Part shown: one piece after another, positions 1-10,785 of the stretch
Layout of the letters: every line of letters starts with the position of its first letter
Numbering within the stretch: position 1 is the stretch's first letter
Origin: an uncultured delta proteobacterium
GTDB taxonomy: Bacteria; Myxococcota; Myxococcia; Myxococcales; Myxococcaceae
Reading direction: 5' to 3'
Length of the DNA: 64,000 nucleotides
Assembly (NCBI GenBank): GCA_963771175.1
Contig: CAVYSY010000058.1
Coordinates: forward strand, 40,275-104,274
Position numbers and translations under genes: made by a program
The notes under the pieces: model-generated
Told to the model about the DNA's origin: nothing
The model's database searches: none
What the model saw: the letters and a program-made list of their open reading frames with translations, nothing else

Positions 1-1432
1 TCTTCTTGTTGCCGCGCTGCAGGTACTCCACGCGCAGGGTGCGCGCGTTCTCCGGCACCACCTTCTCGGACTTGCTGGGGATGTCCCAGTAGGTGTCGCT
101 GCCCGCCGGCCACGCCGTAGAAGGACGTGCGGCCCGCGGCGAGCATCTGCTCCACCCAGGCGGCGGGCTTGAGGCCCAGCTCCTTCATGCGCTCCAGGCC
201 CTTCTTCACGCCGTAGGCATCCCAGGTCTCGAAGGGGCCGAGGTCCCAGCCGAAGCCCCAGCGCATGGCGCGGTCGACGTTGACCACGTCGTCGGCGATC
301 TCCGGAATGCGGCGGCTGGCGTAGGCGAGCACGTCGAGCGTAATCCGCTCGGCGAACTTCGCGGCCTTGTCCTGGCCGCTCATCACGCGTGGCCACGCGC
401 TCGCGCACGTTCTCGACGTCCTTGGCGGCGCCCAGCGACTCGTAGCGCACCTTCTCCTGCGGCCGGTACTCGAGCGTCTTCAGGTCGAGCGCGAGGATGT
501 CCTTGCCGCCGCTCGCTCCTGTCCTTCTTGTAGAAGCCGCCGCCGCTCTTGTCGCCGAGCATGCCCTTCTCGACCATCTTCTGAGGAAGTCGGGGGCGGC
601 GAAGACCTCGCGCTCCTCGTCCTGGGTGAGCGTGTCGTAGCAGTTCTTCGCCACGTGGATGAAGGTGTCCAGGCCCACGATGTCCGCGGTGCGGAACACG
701 GCGGACTTGGGGCGGCCCATGGCGGGGCCGAAGATCTTGTCCACCTCCTCGATGGACAGCTCGGCCTTCTGCATCTCCGCGATGGTCCGCATCATCCCGT
801 AGATGCCGACGCGGTTGGCGATGAAGTTGGTGGTGTCCTTGCCGTAGACGATGCCCTTGCCGAGCACCTCCTCGCCGAAGCGGTGGACGCGCTTGCACCA
901 CCTCGGGGTCCGTCTCCGTGCCCGCCACGAGCTCCAGCAGCTTCATGTAGCGCACGGGGTTGAAGAAGTGCGTGACGAGGAAGTTCTTGCGGAAGTCGGC
1001 GCCGCGGCCCTCGAGCATGCCCTCGATGGACAGGCCCGAGGTGTTGGAGCTGATGATGGTGCCCGGCGCGCGGTGCTGCTCGACCTTGGCGAAGATGGCC
1101 TGCTTGACGGCCAGGTCCTCCTTCACCACCTCGATGACCCAGTCGCACTCGGCGAGGCGGGCCAGGTCGTCCTCGAAGTTGCCGACCTCGATGAAGGGGA
1201 GCGCCTGCTCGGACACGATGGGGCTGGGCTTCTGCTTGCGCAGGTTGGCCAGCGCCCCGAGCGCGAACTTGTTGCGGAAGGACTTGGAGGCGGTGTCCTC
1301 ACCGGGTGCCGCCTTGGGCGGCACGATGTCCAGCAGGAGCGCGCGCACGCCGGCGTTGGCCAGGTGCGCGGCGATGCCGCTGCCCATCACGCCCGCGCCC
1401 AGCACTGCCACTTTGCGGATCCGCGTCGTCAT
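1..1432 (-). CDS. 3-hydroxyacyl-CoA dehydrogenase/enoyl-CoA hydratase family protein (FadN-like); 3' end outside window; several apparent frameshifts
   Basis: MTTRIRKVAVLGAGVMGSGIA Rossmann motif, SSNTSG and HFFNP motifs; homologous sequence continues in other frames (GDKSGGGFYKK, GFGWDLGPFETWD). Confidence 0.88.
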
Positions 1433-1548
1433 CGAAAGAGGCTCCCTACGTGAAAAGGATGGCGGGAGACATTGCGCCGGTTGATTCAAAAGTCAACCGG
1501 CTCTTGGGCCCCCCATGTCTCCCGGTGGAGGGTAAGGTGCGTGCCCCC

Positions 1549-3305
1549 ATGGCCCGACTCGATCCGCACTCGTACAACGACGACACCCAACCCGAGACCG
1601 AGAGCCTCACCTGGAAGGCGCGCGTGGACTTCCATACACGCCGCCTGCATGCCGAGGCCACCCTCACCCTCAAGGAGGCCTCCGCCGGACCTCTGGATCT
1701 GGACACTCGCGAGCTGGACATCCGCGCGGTGGTGGACGAACAGGGCAGGCCCCTGCCCTTCCTGGTGTCTCCGCCCGAGCCGATCCTCGGCAGCCGCCTG
1801 CGGGTGGAGCTGAGCCCGGGAACGAAGCAGCTCACCGTGCGCTACCGGACGTCCCCGCAGGCCAGCGCCCTGCAGTGGCTGACGCCGGCACAGACGGCGG
1901 GGGGCCAGTACCCCTACCTCTTCAGCCAGTGCCAGGCCATCCACGCACGCTCGGTGGTACCGCTCCAGGACACGCCGCGAATCCGCATCCGCTACCGCGC
2001 GGAGCTCACGGTGCCCAAGGCGCTCAAGGCCGTGATGGCGAGCGGGCTTCGCCGGCCGCGAGGAGCAGGGCGTGGAGGCGGTGGAGCGCTACGAGATGCC
2101 GCAGCCCATTCCCCCCTACCTGCTGGCCTTCGCGGTGGGGCGGCTGGCGGCGAAGGAGCTGGGGCCGCGCTCGCGCGTGTGGGCCGAGCCCGAGGTGCTG
2201 GAGGCCGCCGCCGAGGAGTTCGAGGACGTGGACGCCATGCTGCGCGCGGCGGAGACGCTCTTCGGGCCCTATGACTGGGAGCGGTTCGATCTGCTCGACC
2301 ATGCCCCCGTCCTTCCCGTATGGAGGCATGGAGAACCCGCGCCTCACCTTCCTCACGCCCAGCCTGCTGGCGGGGGACAAGAGCCTGGTGAGCGTGGTGG
2401 CGCACGAGCTGGCGCACTCGTGGACGGGCAACCTCGTCACCAACGCGTCGGCCGAGCACTTCTGGCTGAACGAGGGCTTCACCGTCTTCGCCGAGCGGCG
2501 CATCGTCGAGGCGCTCTACGGAGAGGAAGTGGCCCAGCTGCACGCGGCGCTGGGCCGGCGCGCGCTGGAGGAGGCCATCCACCACTTCCGCGAGCACCCG
2601 CAGCTCACCCGGCTGCGCACGAACCTGGCGGGGGTGGATCCGGACGAGGCCTTCTCCCAGGTGCCCTACGAGAAGGGCTACCTCTTCCTGCGCGCGATCG
2701 AGGATGCGGTGGGCCGGCCCGCCTTCGACGCCTTCCTGCGGCGCTACCTCGAGTCCCACCGCTTCCAGGCGCTCACCACCGAGACGTTCGTCGCCTTCGT
2801 GGACAAGCACCTGCCGGGAGCGATGGAGAAGGTGGACGCGGACGCGTACCTGAACAAGCCGGGCATCCCCGCGGGAGCGCCGGTGCCGCGCTCGGAGCGG
2901 CTGGAGCGGATTGCCCGGATGAAGGGCAAGGTGCCCACGGCGGAGGACGTGAAGGACTGGACCCCGACCGAGTGGCAGCTCTACATCGAGTGGCTGCCGC
3001 AGGGGACGTCGCGCGACGTCTTCCGGCAGCTCGACGAGCGCTTCCAGCTCACGAAGAGCCACAACTCGGAGGTGCTGGTGGCGTGGCTGGCGGCGGCGCT
3101 CAAGGCGGGCTGGGAGCCGGCGCAGGGCCGCACCGAGGCCTTCCTGGGTGAGGTGGGGCGCATGAAGTACCTCAAGCCGCTGTATGGGGCGCTGGCGGCC
3201 TCCGCACAGGGCAAGGTGCTCGCACGCAGCCTCTTCAAGCGCTACGCCGAGCGCTACCACCCCATCGCCCAGGCCGCCGTCGAGGCCATCCTCAACCGCG
3301 CGTAG
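1549..3305 (+). CDS. M1 family aminopeptidase (leukotriene A4 hydrolase-like); frameshifts near 2050 and 2297
   Basis: FSQCQAIHARS, GGMEN, HELAH-x18-E zinc motif and VPYEKG, spread over three frames. Confidence 0.92.
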
Positions 3306-3333
3306 GCCCTACATGGTCAAGCGGCGCCGGGCC

Positions 3334-4092
3334 TCACGGGGCCGAGCGCCCGCCGATCTCCGGGAAGCGCTCATAAGCCCGCTTGAGTGCGTCGAGATGC
3401 GCGGGGTTGTCGAGATCAAGCGGCGCATCCGTGAGCCGCACGACCCACCCACCCGTCTCAGTGCGCCGCGCCCGTGCGAGCAGCTCCGCGTCGCGGGCGG
3501 GGTCCGGGAACCCGATGGCCCGTGCGGCAGCAGCCGACCAGTAGTTCAGCCACCCGAGGCGACGCGGAATCTCAGGCGAGCGGATGTGCTCTGGGAACCT
3601 GAGCGCGGGCAGGCCCCGTGGCGGAACTCCTGGCTTACGCACCGGATCGACCGTCTGCCGCGAAATTTCCACGGTCGCGTTGAATGGCGTGGCGTGACCC
3701 CAGTACGCGCATGCGCCTTCCCCAATGGCCGTTAGCACATCCGCTGCCGCCGCCATACCATTTGCGTCGAGCGGCAGTTGCGCATGAGCTTCAAGATGCG
3801 GCGCGCCATCCGCGGCAAGACCGTTCGGGTTTTCCCACCCGGAAATCGTCACCAGGTGGTCATCGTCATCGTTGCAAAGGAATGGAAACCCTCCGTCTGT
3901 CCTGTTGGAGGCGACCCACTCATCGCGGTGAGATAGCGGTATGAGGTCTTCCTTCTCCGAAGTCGTCCACCCCAGGCGCAATCCAGGAAGCGCACGCTCC
4001 ATTCCATGAACGATGGCGAGCGGGCGCCCATCGTCGCCCGTAAGCGCAGGGGCGTACACACTGATGGTAATCTCATTTCGACCAAACGCCAT
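3334..4092 (-). CDS. DUF5953-like myxobacterial protein, putative immunity protein
   Basis: AYWGHATP, LGWLNYWS, GWVVRLTDAPLDL and AYERFPEIGGR resemble this myxobacterial family; starts 2 bp after the upstream toxin-like gene. Confidence 0.65.
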   Translation of the reverse strand: MAFGRNEITISVYAPALTGDDGRPLAIVHGMERALPGLRLGWTTSEKEDLIPLSHRDEWVASNRTDGGFPFLCNDDDDHLVTISGWENPNGLAADGAPHLEAHAQLPLDANGMAAAADVLTAIGEGACAYWGHATPFNATVEISRQTVDPVRKPGVPPRGLPALRFPEHIRSPEIPRRLGWLNYWSAAAARAIGFPDPARDAELLARARRTETGGWVVRLTDAPLDLDNPAHLDALKRAYERFPEIGGRSAP

Positions 4093-4093
4093 A

Positions 4094-5098
4094 TCAGCAC
4101 CAATCCATGACGACGACGGTGAGAGTGTCATCCAAACTCTCTAGCACCGCCTTGTGCACGGCGCTTTTGACGCCAACGACAAAGCTATAGCCACACGCCT
4201 CTGCGAGCCTTTTCTCGCGCTGTATTTCCGGCAGCTTTGCCCTGGCAAGGAAGTTCTGAGAGCGGGGCGGTTGCTTCTCAAAGTCATCCGTCTTGACGTC
4301 CCACAGCGTGCGCGTGGCCAGTTGCAGCGCGTCGAAGTTCTTGCCATTGACGAACACATCCCAGCCGGGGAAGCTGTTGTACGGAATTCTGTCGGCGCAC
4401 TCGTTGTGCGGGTCATTACCGCCACGGTGCGGCACTGGGATGGGCTTGCATTTCGGGTCGTCTTCCTCCGAGAGGGCGGATGCGGGCTGCTTCTGCGGCG
4501 AGAGCTCCCGGGCTGCGGCTTTCGCCGGACGAGGCTGGGCTTCAAGCTCCGCCATGAGCTGCCGCGAGGACTCCGAGACGTCCCGCAGCCGATCCTCGAA
4601 CTCCAGTTGCTCGTCGAGCCAGGGCGGGCGTCTGTCAACCTCCGGTCCGACGGTGCTGGAGGGCCAGAGCATGACGAGGGCCACGAGCACCGGGCCCACC
4701 CTGGAGAGCGCTAAAGGGGCCTCGCTTGCGCGCCTAGCCTGGGCGAGGCCCTCGACTCCCCTCGCCACTTCAGCGGCATTCCCGCTCTTACTCACGGCGC
4801 GGGAGAAGCGCTCGAAGGCCCGTTCCGCCTCGGCGAGCTTGCGGTCCAACTGTTGCCATTGACGAGGCTCCAGGTTCTCGCGCGCCTGAGAGAGCAGTGC
4901 CCTGGCCTTGTCCAGGTCCGCCTTTCCAATCCGCGACTGTCCCGGCATCGACTCCATCGGCGCGGAAACGAGCCGGATGCGCGGGCCCGAAGTGGGAGCC
5001 GACGCGTAGCTGTGGGACCGTGGCATCGACCGCGGGGCGGGCGCGCTGGCGCAGGCGGTGAGCAGCAACAGGAGAGCGCTCCCGGCTCGGAAGCACAT
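4094..5098 (-). CDS. Lipoprotein with C-terminal PD-(D/E)xK-like nuclease domain (DUF6310-like), putative polymorphic toxin
   Basis: Lipobox LLLLLTA-C; C-terminal NGKNFDA...LWDVKTD restriction-endonuclease-type motif; H/C residues (PHRGG, HNECAD, ACG). Confidence 0.65.
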   Translation of the reverse strand: MCFRAGSALLLLLTACASAPAPRSMPRSHSYASAPTSGPRIRLVSAPMESMPGQSRIGKADLDKARALLSQARENLEPRQWQQLDRKLAEAERAFERFSRAVSKSGNAAEVARGVEGLAQARRASEAPLALSRVGPVLVALVMLWPSSTVGPEVDRRPPWLDEQLEFEDRLRDVSESSRQLMAELEAQPRPAKAAARELSPQKQPASALSEEDDPKCKPIPVPHRGGNDPHNECADRIPYNSFPGWDVFVNGKNFDALQLATRTLWDVKTDDFEKQPPRSQNFLARAKLPEIQREKRLAEACGYSFVVGVKSAVHKAVLESLDDTLTVVVMDWC

Positions 5099-5261
5099 CG
5101 TCACGTCCTTTCGTCAAGCGTGGGTGCCGCGGGGCTGGCCTGACCTCCGTTGGAGTGCCAGCACGCTCCGACAGCGATGATGCTCGGCGGCTGCGCACAA
5201 CCGGCAAGCGCCAGGGGGCCCGCATCCAGGCTGGGAGCGTCAGCAGGCGAGAACGAGCGCG

Positions 5262-5753
5262 CTACCGGAAGGCATCGACGATGTAGGCCGCTGCAACGGA
5301 GCCGTCGAGAATGGCCATCCCTGGCTTTGACTCGGGCAGCTTCCGCATCTGGTCCCGGCTGAGCCGGGCCACCGCGCAGATGGGAACCTTGTCACTGTCC
5401 GGCGGGTGGGCCTCGTACCAGCGGATGACAACCTGCGGCCCGCTTGTCCAGACCTGCCCGTACAAACGGGTCGTCGCCTCAAGCGTGCCGAGGTCGTCCT
5501 TGAGAATGCTCTCGATGGGCCCGTCGTAAAGCGAGATGCGCCTCGCGTCGATCTGGTTCGCATCGAGGTCCACCCAGGCGGCATCCCCAACGCGCAGCCT
5601 CAGATACCGCATGACTTCGAGCGCCTTCGCCGAGCATTCCTGCGGACCTGGAGTGCCGTCCGGGCGCAGTGCCACGCCTCCAGACGTGGTGCAGCCAGAA
5701 GACGTGGCAAGCAGGACGATGGAGCTGAGCCGCAGAGCCTTGGTCATGGACAT
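5262..5753 (-). CDS. Small putative lipoprotein resembling the extracytoplasmic C-terminal domain of myxobacterial Ser/Thr kinases
   Basis: Signal peptide ending SSG-C; PGPQEC...TRLYGQVWT...VPICAV pattern; no kinase motifs present. Confidence 0.55.
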   Translation of the reverse strand: MSMTKALRLSSIVLLATSSGCTTSGGVALRPDGTPGPQECSAKALEVMRYLRLRVGDAAWVDLDANQIDARRISLYDGPIESILKDDLGTLEATTRLYGQVWTSGPQVVIRWYEAHPPDSDKVPICAVARLSRDQMRKLPESKPGMAILDGSVAAAYIVDAFR

Positions 5754-5764
5754 GAACGGCACTT

Positions 5765-6696
5765 CTACTGCCGAATCAGTGTGCGATCCATCGCAACGGC
5801 CACCTGGAGGAGACCGTCCCCACGGAAGATCTGGAGGGCCAGGTCGGCGAGCTGCCCACCCTCCGTCTCGAAGGCGCTCTTGTCCACAACGACCGCGATC
5901 TTACCCGACTGGCCGGGAACTATCTCGGGTCGGTCCATACGAAGCGCGAAGGGTCGAGAGTGGAGCTGGTGAAGTCGCGGGTCAGGTAGGCACCATCGAG
6001 TTTCCAGGGCTCGCCGTAGTAGGTGTTCGTCAAGTGAATCACGACCGCAGCCTTCCCGGGACCCTCGAAGACCTCGACCCGCGTGTCCATATCCTCGTTT
6101 TTCGAGCGCCAGAACTTCGCGCGCCGAAACGGCGTCTTCTTCACCTGCCCGTTCGCGAGAAGCGTCGCGTAGGCGTGATCGACCGAGTTCTCTTCCTCCT
6201 TGAACCGCTCGTTCTCCCCGCGCAGATGGCGCTCTCTGTTGAGCGAGTCGTAGAGGGACGAGAGCACCGCGTTGTAGCTATCGTGTTCCTTGAACACGTT
6301 GACCTGATAGTCGATCCATCCCCAGTCCTCGCGGCTCTTGGGCTTCACAAGGAACGTGAACTCCGTCCCGTCAACGAGCGTCACGAGCAGGGGCAGCGCC
6401 TCGCCGTTGTCGAGGTCACGCAGCGGCTCTAGAACCACCTTCTTACCGCCTACAAGCGGGGTCTCGAAACGCCCCTCCCACGCCAAGAACTTCGTCTTCG
6501 CCGGATCGACCTCTTTCTCGAAGCGGAGCGCCGTCACCACCTGCCAGGAAACGTAGATGGCCGGTGCCTCCTGGCCTGGATGGGCCGGCACCTTGAGGGT
6601 CCGAATCGTGAGCTTTTCTTCCTCGTCCCTGGCCAGAGCCGGGGAAGCCATCAGGACGAGAAGCAGGCCATACCTGAAAAGTGGGAGAGCGCGCAT
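5765..6696 (-). CDS. DUF2381 family protein (myxobacterial paralogous family); frameshift near 5955
   Basis: Signal peptide MRALPLFRYGLLLVLMASPALA; VTALRFE, LLVTLVDG and DYQVNV motifs; C-terminus in another frame (IVPGQSGKIAVVVD) ends at TAG 5765. Confidence 0.7.
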
Positions 6697-6933
6697 GATG
6701 GGGCCAACGTAACAGGAGGGGTCTGGAGCATCCATTGACACCTTCGCCGGAAGCCGGACGAAAGGCAGCCACGTTGGTGGGACCACCAGTAGAGGACGCA
6801 TTCCCCACGCAGGAGTCCTTTGACACCGTCCCCGCCGCCCACTGCGCGACAGAGACCCACGTCCGGGGTCGCATGGGGATGGGAGGGAGGAGGGAGCTAA
6901 CTTCTGGGGTTTCCGATCGGAAGAGGAGCTCGC

Positions 6934-7485
6934 ATGTCCGATGTGACGCCCCAGGCGCCGCCCGCCTTCCACCTGCTGGCCAAGCCGACCGGAGCGGTGT
7001 GCAACCTCGACTGCAAGTACTGCTTCTTCCTGTCCAAGGACAGGCTCTACCCGGGCAGCGACTTCCGCATGAGCGACGAGGGGCTGGAGCGGTACATCCA
7101 GCAGCTCCTCGAGAGCCACCGCACGCCCGAGGTCACCGTCGCCTGGCAGGGTGGTGAGCCCACCCTGATGGGGCTGGACTGGACTTCTTCGAGCGCTCCA
7201 TCGATTACGTGGAGAAGTACCGCAAGCCCGGCCAGCAGGTGACGTACACCCTGCAGACGAACGGCACGCGGCTGGACGACGCGTGGTGCGCGTTCTTCAA
7301 GAAGCACGGTTTCCTGGTGGTGAGCGCCCGCTGTACACCCAGGCGGGGAACACGGTCACGGACCGCTCCGTGAAGCCGGAGCAGTATGGGCGTTTCCTGA
7401 TTTCGGAGAGGCGGGCCGCAACGACCCGTGCCCTTGTGGCAGTGGGAGCAAGTTCAAGCGCTGCCACGGCGCGAGGGGCACGTGA
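6934..7485 (+). pseudogene. Internally deleted anaerobic sulfatase maturase (radical SAM) with C-terminal SEC-C motif
   Basis: KPTGAVCNLDCKYC, WQGGEP and LQTNG, then jumps to [11 protein letters not shown] and to [18 protein letters not shown]; only about 550 bp, SPASM region missing. Confidence 0.8.
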
Positions 7486-7625
7486 ACCGGCGCTCCCGCC
7501 GCAAGGGACAGGCATGCTCGGTGCGCTCCTGGATGGGGCTCTCCTGGGAGCATTCTTCCCGGCGTGGAAGCTGAACGGGGTGCCCTGCCCCGGCTGGCCC
7601 CGGCCCATAGACCCTGCTCCTTGAA

Positions 7626-7642
7626 ATGCAATCGAGTTGCAT
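7626..7642. promoter_or_regulatory. Zur-box-like palindrome ATGCAA-TCGAG-TTGCAT
   Basis: 17-bp inverted repeat 33 bp upstream of zinc-free rpmG and COG0523 operon; resembles the deltaproteobacterial ATGCAAC-N3-GTTGCAT motif as recalled. Confidence 0.7.
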
Positions 7643-7675
7643 CAGCGCGGGCGCGGCGCTACAAGGAGTTCCACC

Positions 7676-7840
7676 ATGCCCAGAGGCAACCGAACCATCA
7701 TCTTCCTGGTGTCCACCGAGGGCACCGGCCACTACTACACGACGACGAAGAACAAGCGCTCCACCCAGGAGAAGCTGGAGAAGAAGAAGTACGACCCTCG
7801 CGTGCGCAAGCATGTGCTGTATCGGGAGGGCAAGCCGTGA
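7676..7840 (+). CDS. rpmG: 50S ribosomal protein L33, zinc-free (C-) paralog
   Basis: [28 protein letters not shown]...[15 protein letters not shown]; no Cys; AAGGAG RBS. Confidence 0.95.
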   Translation: MPRGNRTIIFLVSTEGTGHYYTTTKNKRSTQEKLEKKKYDPRVRKHVLYREGKP

Positions 7841-9073
7841 GGGAGGGACGCCTGCCCGTCACCGTGCTGTCGGGCTTCCTGGGCGCGGGGAAGACGACGC
7901 TCCTCAATCACGTGCTCAACAACCGGGAAGGCCGCCGGGTCGCCGTCATCGTCAATGACATGAGCGAGGTGAACATCGATGCCCGGCTGGTGAAGGGCGG
8001 GGCCTCGCTGTCGCGCGTGGACGAGAAGTTGGTGGAGATGAGCAACGGCTGCATCTGCTGCACGCTGCGCGAGGATCTACTGCTGGAGGTGGGCCGGCTG
8101 GCGCGCGAGGGCCGCTTCGATCTCCTGCTCATCGAGTCCACCGGTATCGCCGAGCCCATGCCGGTGGCGGAGACGTTCACCTTCGCGGACGAGCAGGGCC
8201 GCAGTCTGACTGACGTGGCCCGACTGGACACCCTGGTCACGGTGGTGGATGCCTTCAACTTCCTGAAGGACTGGGAGGACACCGAGGAGCTTCGGGCGCG
8301 GGGACTCGCCGCGGGCGAGGAGGACGAGCGAACGGTGGTGGACCTGCTGGTGGAGCAGGTGGAGTTCGCGGACGTGCTGGTGCTGAACAAGACGGACCTG
8401 GTGTCGCCCGAGCAGTTGGGGGAACTGGAGTCCATCCTCCGCCAACTCAATCCGGGCGCGCGGCTCGTGCGTGCCCAGCACGGCCGGGTTCCGCTATCCG
8501 AGGTGCTGGAGACCGGGACTCTTCGACATGGAGAAGGCCCAGCGCGCCCCCGGCTGGCTGCGGACGCTGCGCGGCGAGGCCGTTCCCGAGACCGAGGAGT
8601 ATGGAATCGAGAGCTTCGTCTTCCGCGCCCGCCGTCCCTTCCACCCCGGGCGCCTCTGGGAGTTCATCCACGGGAGCTGGAAGGGCGTGCTGCGCTCCAA
8701 GGGTTTCTTCTGGCTGGCCACGCGCATGGAGGTGACGGGCGTGTGGGCCCAGGCGGGCGGGGCCTGCTCCTTCGAGCCCGCGGGGCTGTGGTGGGACGCC
8801 GTGCCCCGGGAGCAGTGGCCCGAGGAGCCCGAGGCCCGCGCCGAGCTCGAGCAGGACATGCAGGCGCCCTGGGGAGACAGGCGCCAGGAGCTCGTCTTCA
8901 TCACCCGCCAGGTGGACCAGACGCTGCTGCGCGAGGCGCTCGAGGAGTGTCTGCTCACCGACGAGGAGCTCGCCCCGGGCCCACCGGGCTGGAGCCAGCT
9001 CGAGGACCCCCTCCCGCCCTGGGTGATGGTGCGCGAGGGAGAGGATGAACCGTCCGCCGAGGAGGCGGCCTGA
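7837..9073 (+). CDS. COG0523/CobW-family zinc metallochaperone GTPase (YciC/ZigA-like); frameshift near 8515
   Basis: [22 protein letters not shown] and NKTD motifs; CobW_C region ([19 protein letters not shown]); GTGA overlap with rpmG. Confidence 0.92.
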
Positions 9074-9228
9074 GCCGCTGATAGGAACCGTCATACCCGC
9101 GGCTTCGAGAAGCACGTCAACCTCTGCGTCTGGGAGCGACAGGAGGACGCGGAGCTGGCCTCCTGGCCGCGGGGGGTGTGTGCCACGCGGGACGTGCATC
9201 GTCGAGTTGACGCTCCTCGATGCGTCGC

Positions 9229-10071
9229 TCAGGCGCTGATCTTGATGGCCTTCCACGCGAGGAGCGCGCCATCGCTCTGCTTCTGCGTCGACATGACCAC
9301 TTCACTCAGCGTCATCGAGGACTCGGTGACCACCTTGTCGGTGGCGTTCACCTGGTAGCCTTGGCCGCTCGTCGCTTTGTAGTTGGGTTGCGTGTTGTAG
9401 AGCTCGGTCTTGAGGCTCTCGTCGAAGAAGACCTGCGACGTGAGGTACGTTTTCGAACCGACCGTCACCTTGAAGTGAATGTGGGTGGCTCTGCTTGCGT
9501 ACCAGCCGGGGAAGTTGGTGTCGAAGGTCACTCGACCATCCGATCCAGTCGTTTGGATGCCGCGGTACCACAGCGCTGCCGCGGCCTTCGCATCGCCGCC
9601 GGTGCACATCGCGTCATTGCTTCCGTCGATGTCGCCCGAATAGACACCAAACGTGTCGCAATGCCAGATCTCCAATGTGGCATTGGGAACCGGATTGCAG
9701 TTGCTGTCGACGATCAGGAACTCGAGTCGCGTCGGGAGACCCGCATAGCCCTCGCTGATGTCCTTGCGGACCAATTTGTCACTCGTGGCGTGGCAGGGCC
9801 CCCCGGTCGCCGACCTGTACACGATGCACGTCGAACCGACACCTGATGCGAATGGATTGCCGTAGTCCCTACCGTTGAGGACGGAGGTCCCCTCGGTCGC
9901 CCAGCTTCCGCTCGTCCCGCCGTCAGTGCCGCTCGTCCCGCCGTCAGTGCTTGTGGTTCCGTCGTCTGAGCCAGTGGAATTGTCGCCACAGTGGGCGAGC
10001 AACGCTGCAGCTCCCAATCCCCCCACAATCTTGAGTACGTCACGTCGCGTTGTTTTCTTGCCGTTCGACAT
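9229..10071 (-). CDS. Intradiol ring-cleavage dioxygenase-like protein, Tat-exported lipoprotein
   Basis: TRRDVLK twin-arginine signal and LAH-C; iron ligand motifs WHCDTFGVY, FPGWY and RATHIH. Confidence 0.8.
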   Translation of the reverse strand: MSNGKKTTRRDVLKIVGGLGAAALLAHCGDNSTGSDDGTTSTDGGTSGTDGGTSGSWATEGTSVLNGRDYGNPFASGVGSTCIVYRSATGGPCHATSDKLVRKDISEGYAGLPTRLEFLIVDSNCNPVPNATLEIWHCDTFGVYSGDIDGSNDAMCTGGDAKAAAALWYRGIQTTGSDGRVTFDTNFPGWYASRATHIHFKVTVGSKTYLTSQVFFDESLKTELYNTQPNYKATSGQGYQVNATDKVVTESSMTLSEVVMSTQKQSDGALLAWKAIKISA

Positions 10072-10186
10072 GTTCGGACATTCCTTGCCACTCGGGGCGT
10101 TCCGTGCCCGGGGTTCGAGGATCATCCTGAGGGAGGAATCTTACGAATTCCTTAAGAGCTCGTTTGCTCCAAGCGCCAAGCGAGTG

Positions 10187-10470
10187 TCAAAGATTTCGAG
10201 CGATGCGAGCCGGCACGACACGCGGCGGGAAGGAAAAGAGAGGGAAGCTCGCCGAGAAATCCCCCCGCCTCCACCGAGCTACCGCCTCTCGGAATGCCGC
10301 GACGAAGGCACGGTACTGCTCGCGTAACTCCCGCAGCGCTTGTCGCGTGAAGGCCTGCCCATTCCCGGAAGGAGCAAGGGACGAGCCCCCGGACACTCGC
10401 TCCTGGTGTAGATGAGGCAGGCACTCTGCGGGTGTTGGAGCACTTGGGGCTGGCCTCGGCCCCTCCGTCG
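10187..10470. mobile_element. Transposase remnants (two short C-terminal fragments on opposite strands)
   Basis: Minus strand LRELREQYRAFVAAFREAVARWRRGDFSASFP and plus strand RVLEHLGLASAPP resemble C-termini of myxobacterial HUH-type transposases; no catalytic domains present. Confidence 0.5.
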
Positions 10471-10785
10471 TGCAGAAGTTCCGTGAAGCAGCATGGAGGC
10501 CACATCACGGCCTGGAATCGCCGGTGCGGCCCTCCAAAGAAAGGACGGCGTGGGCCGTGCGAAGGGACCAGGTTCCTTGGAGTGGGGATGGATGGGGCGT
10601 CTATGCCCCCCGGCAGGAGGCCGAGCGATTCCTTGCCAGGCTGGCGAGACTCCGGGCCGCGCGGGTGCCGCTCACGCGAGGTCCTGGAAGTCGAGGTCCT
10701 GGTGGAGAAGTGCCTCCGGCATCGGGATGACATGGTTGGCGCGATCCCCCCGGAAAGAGGTTGAAGTGGGTTCGGGGGGAATGCG

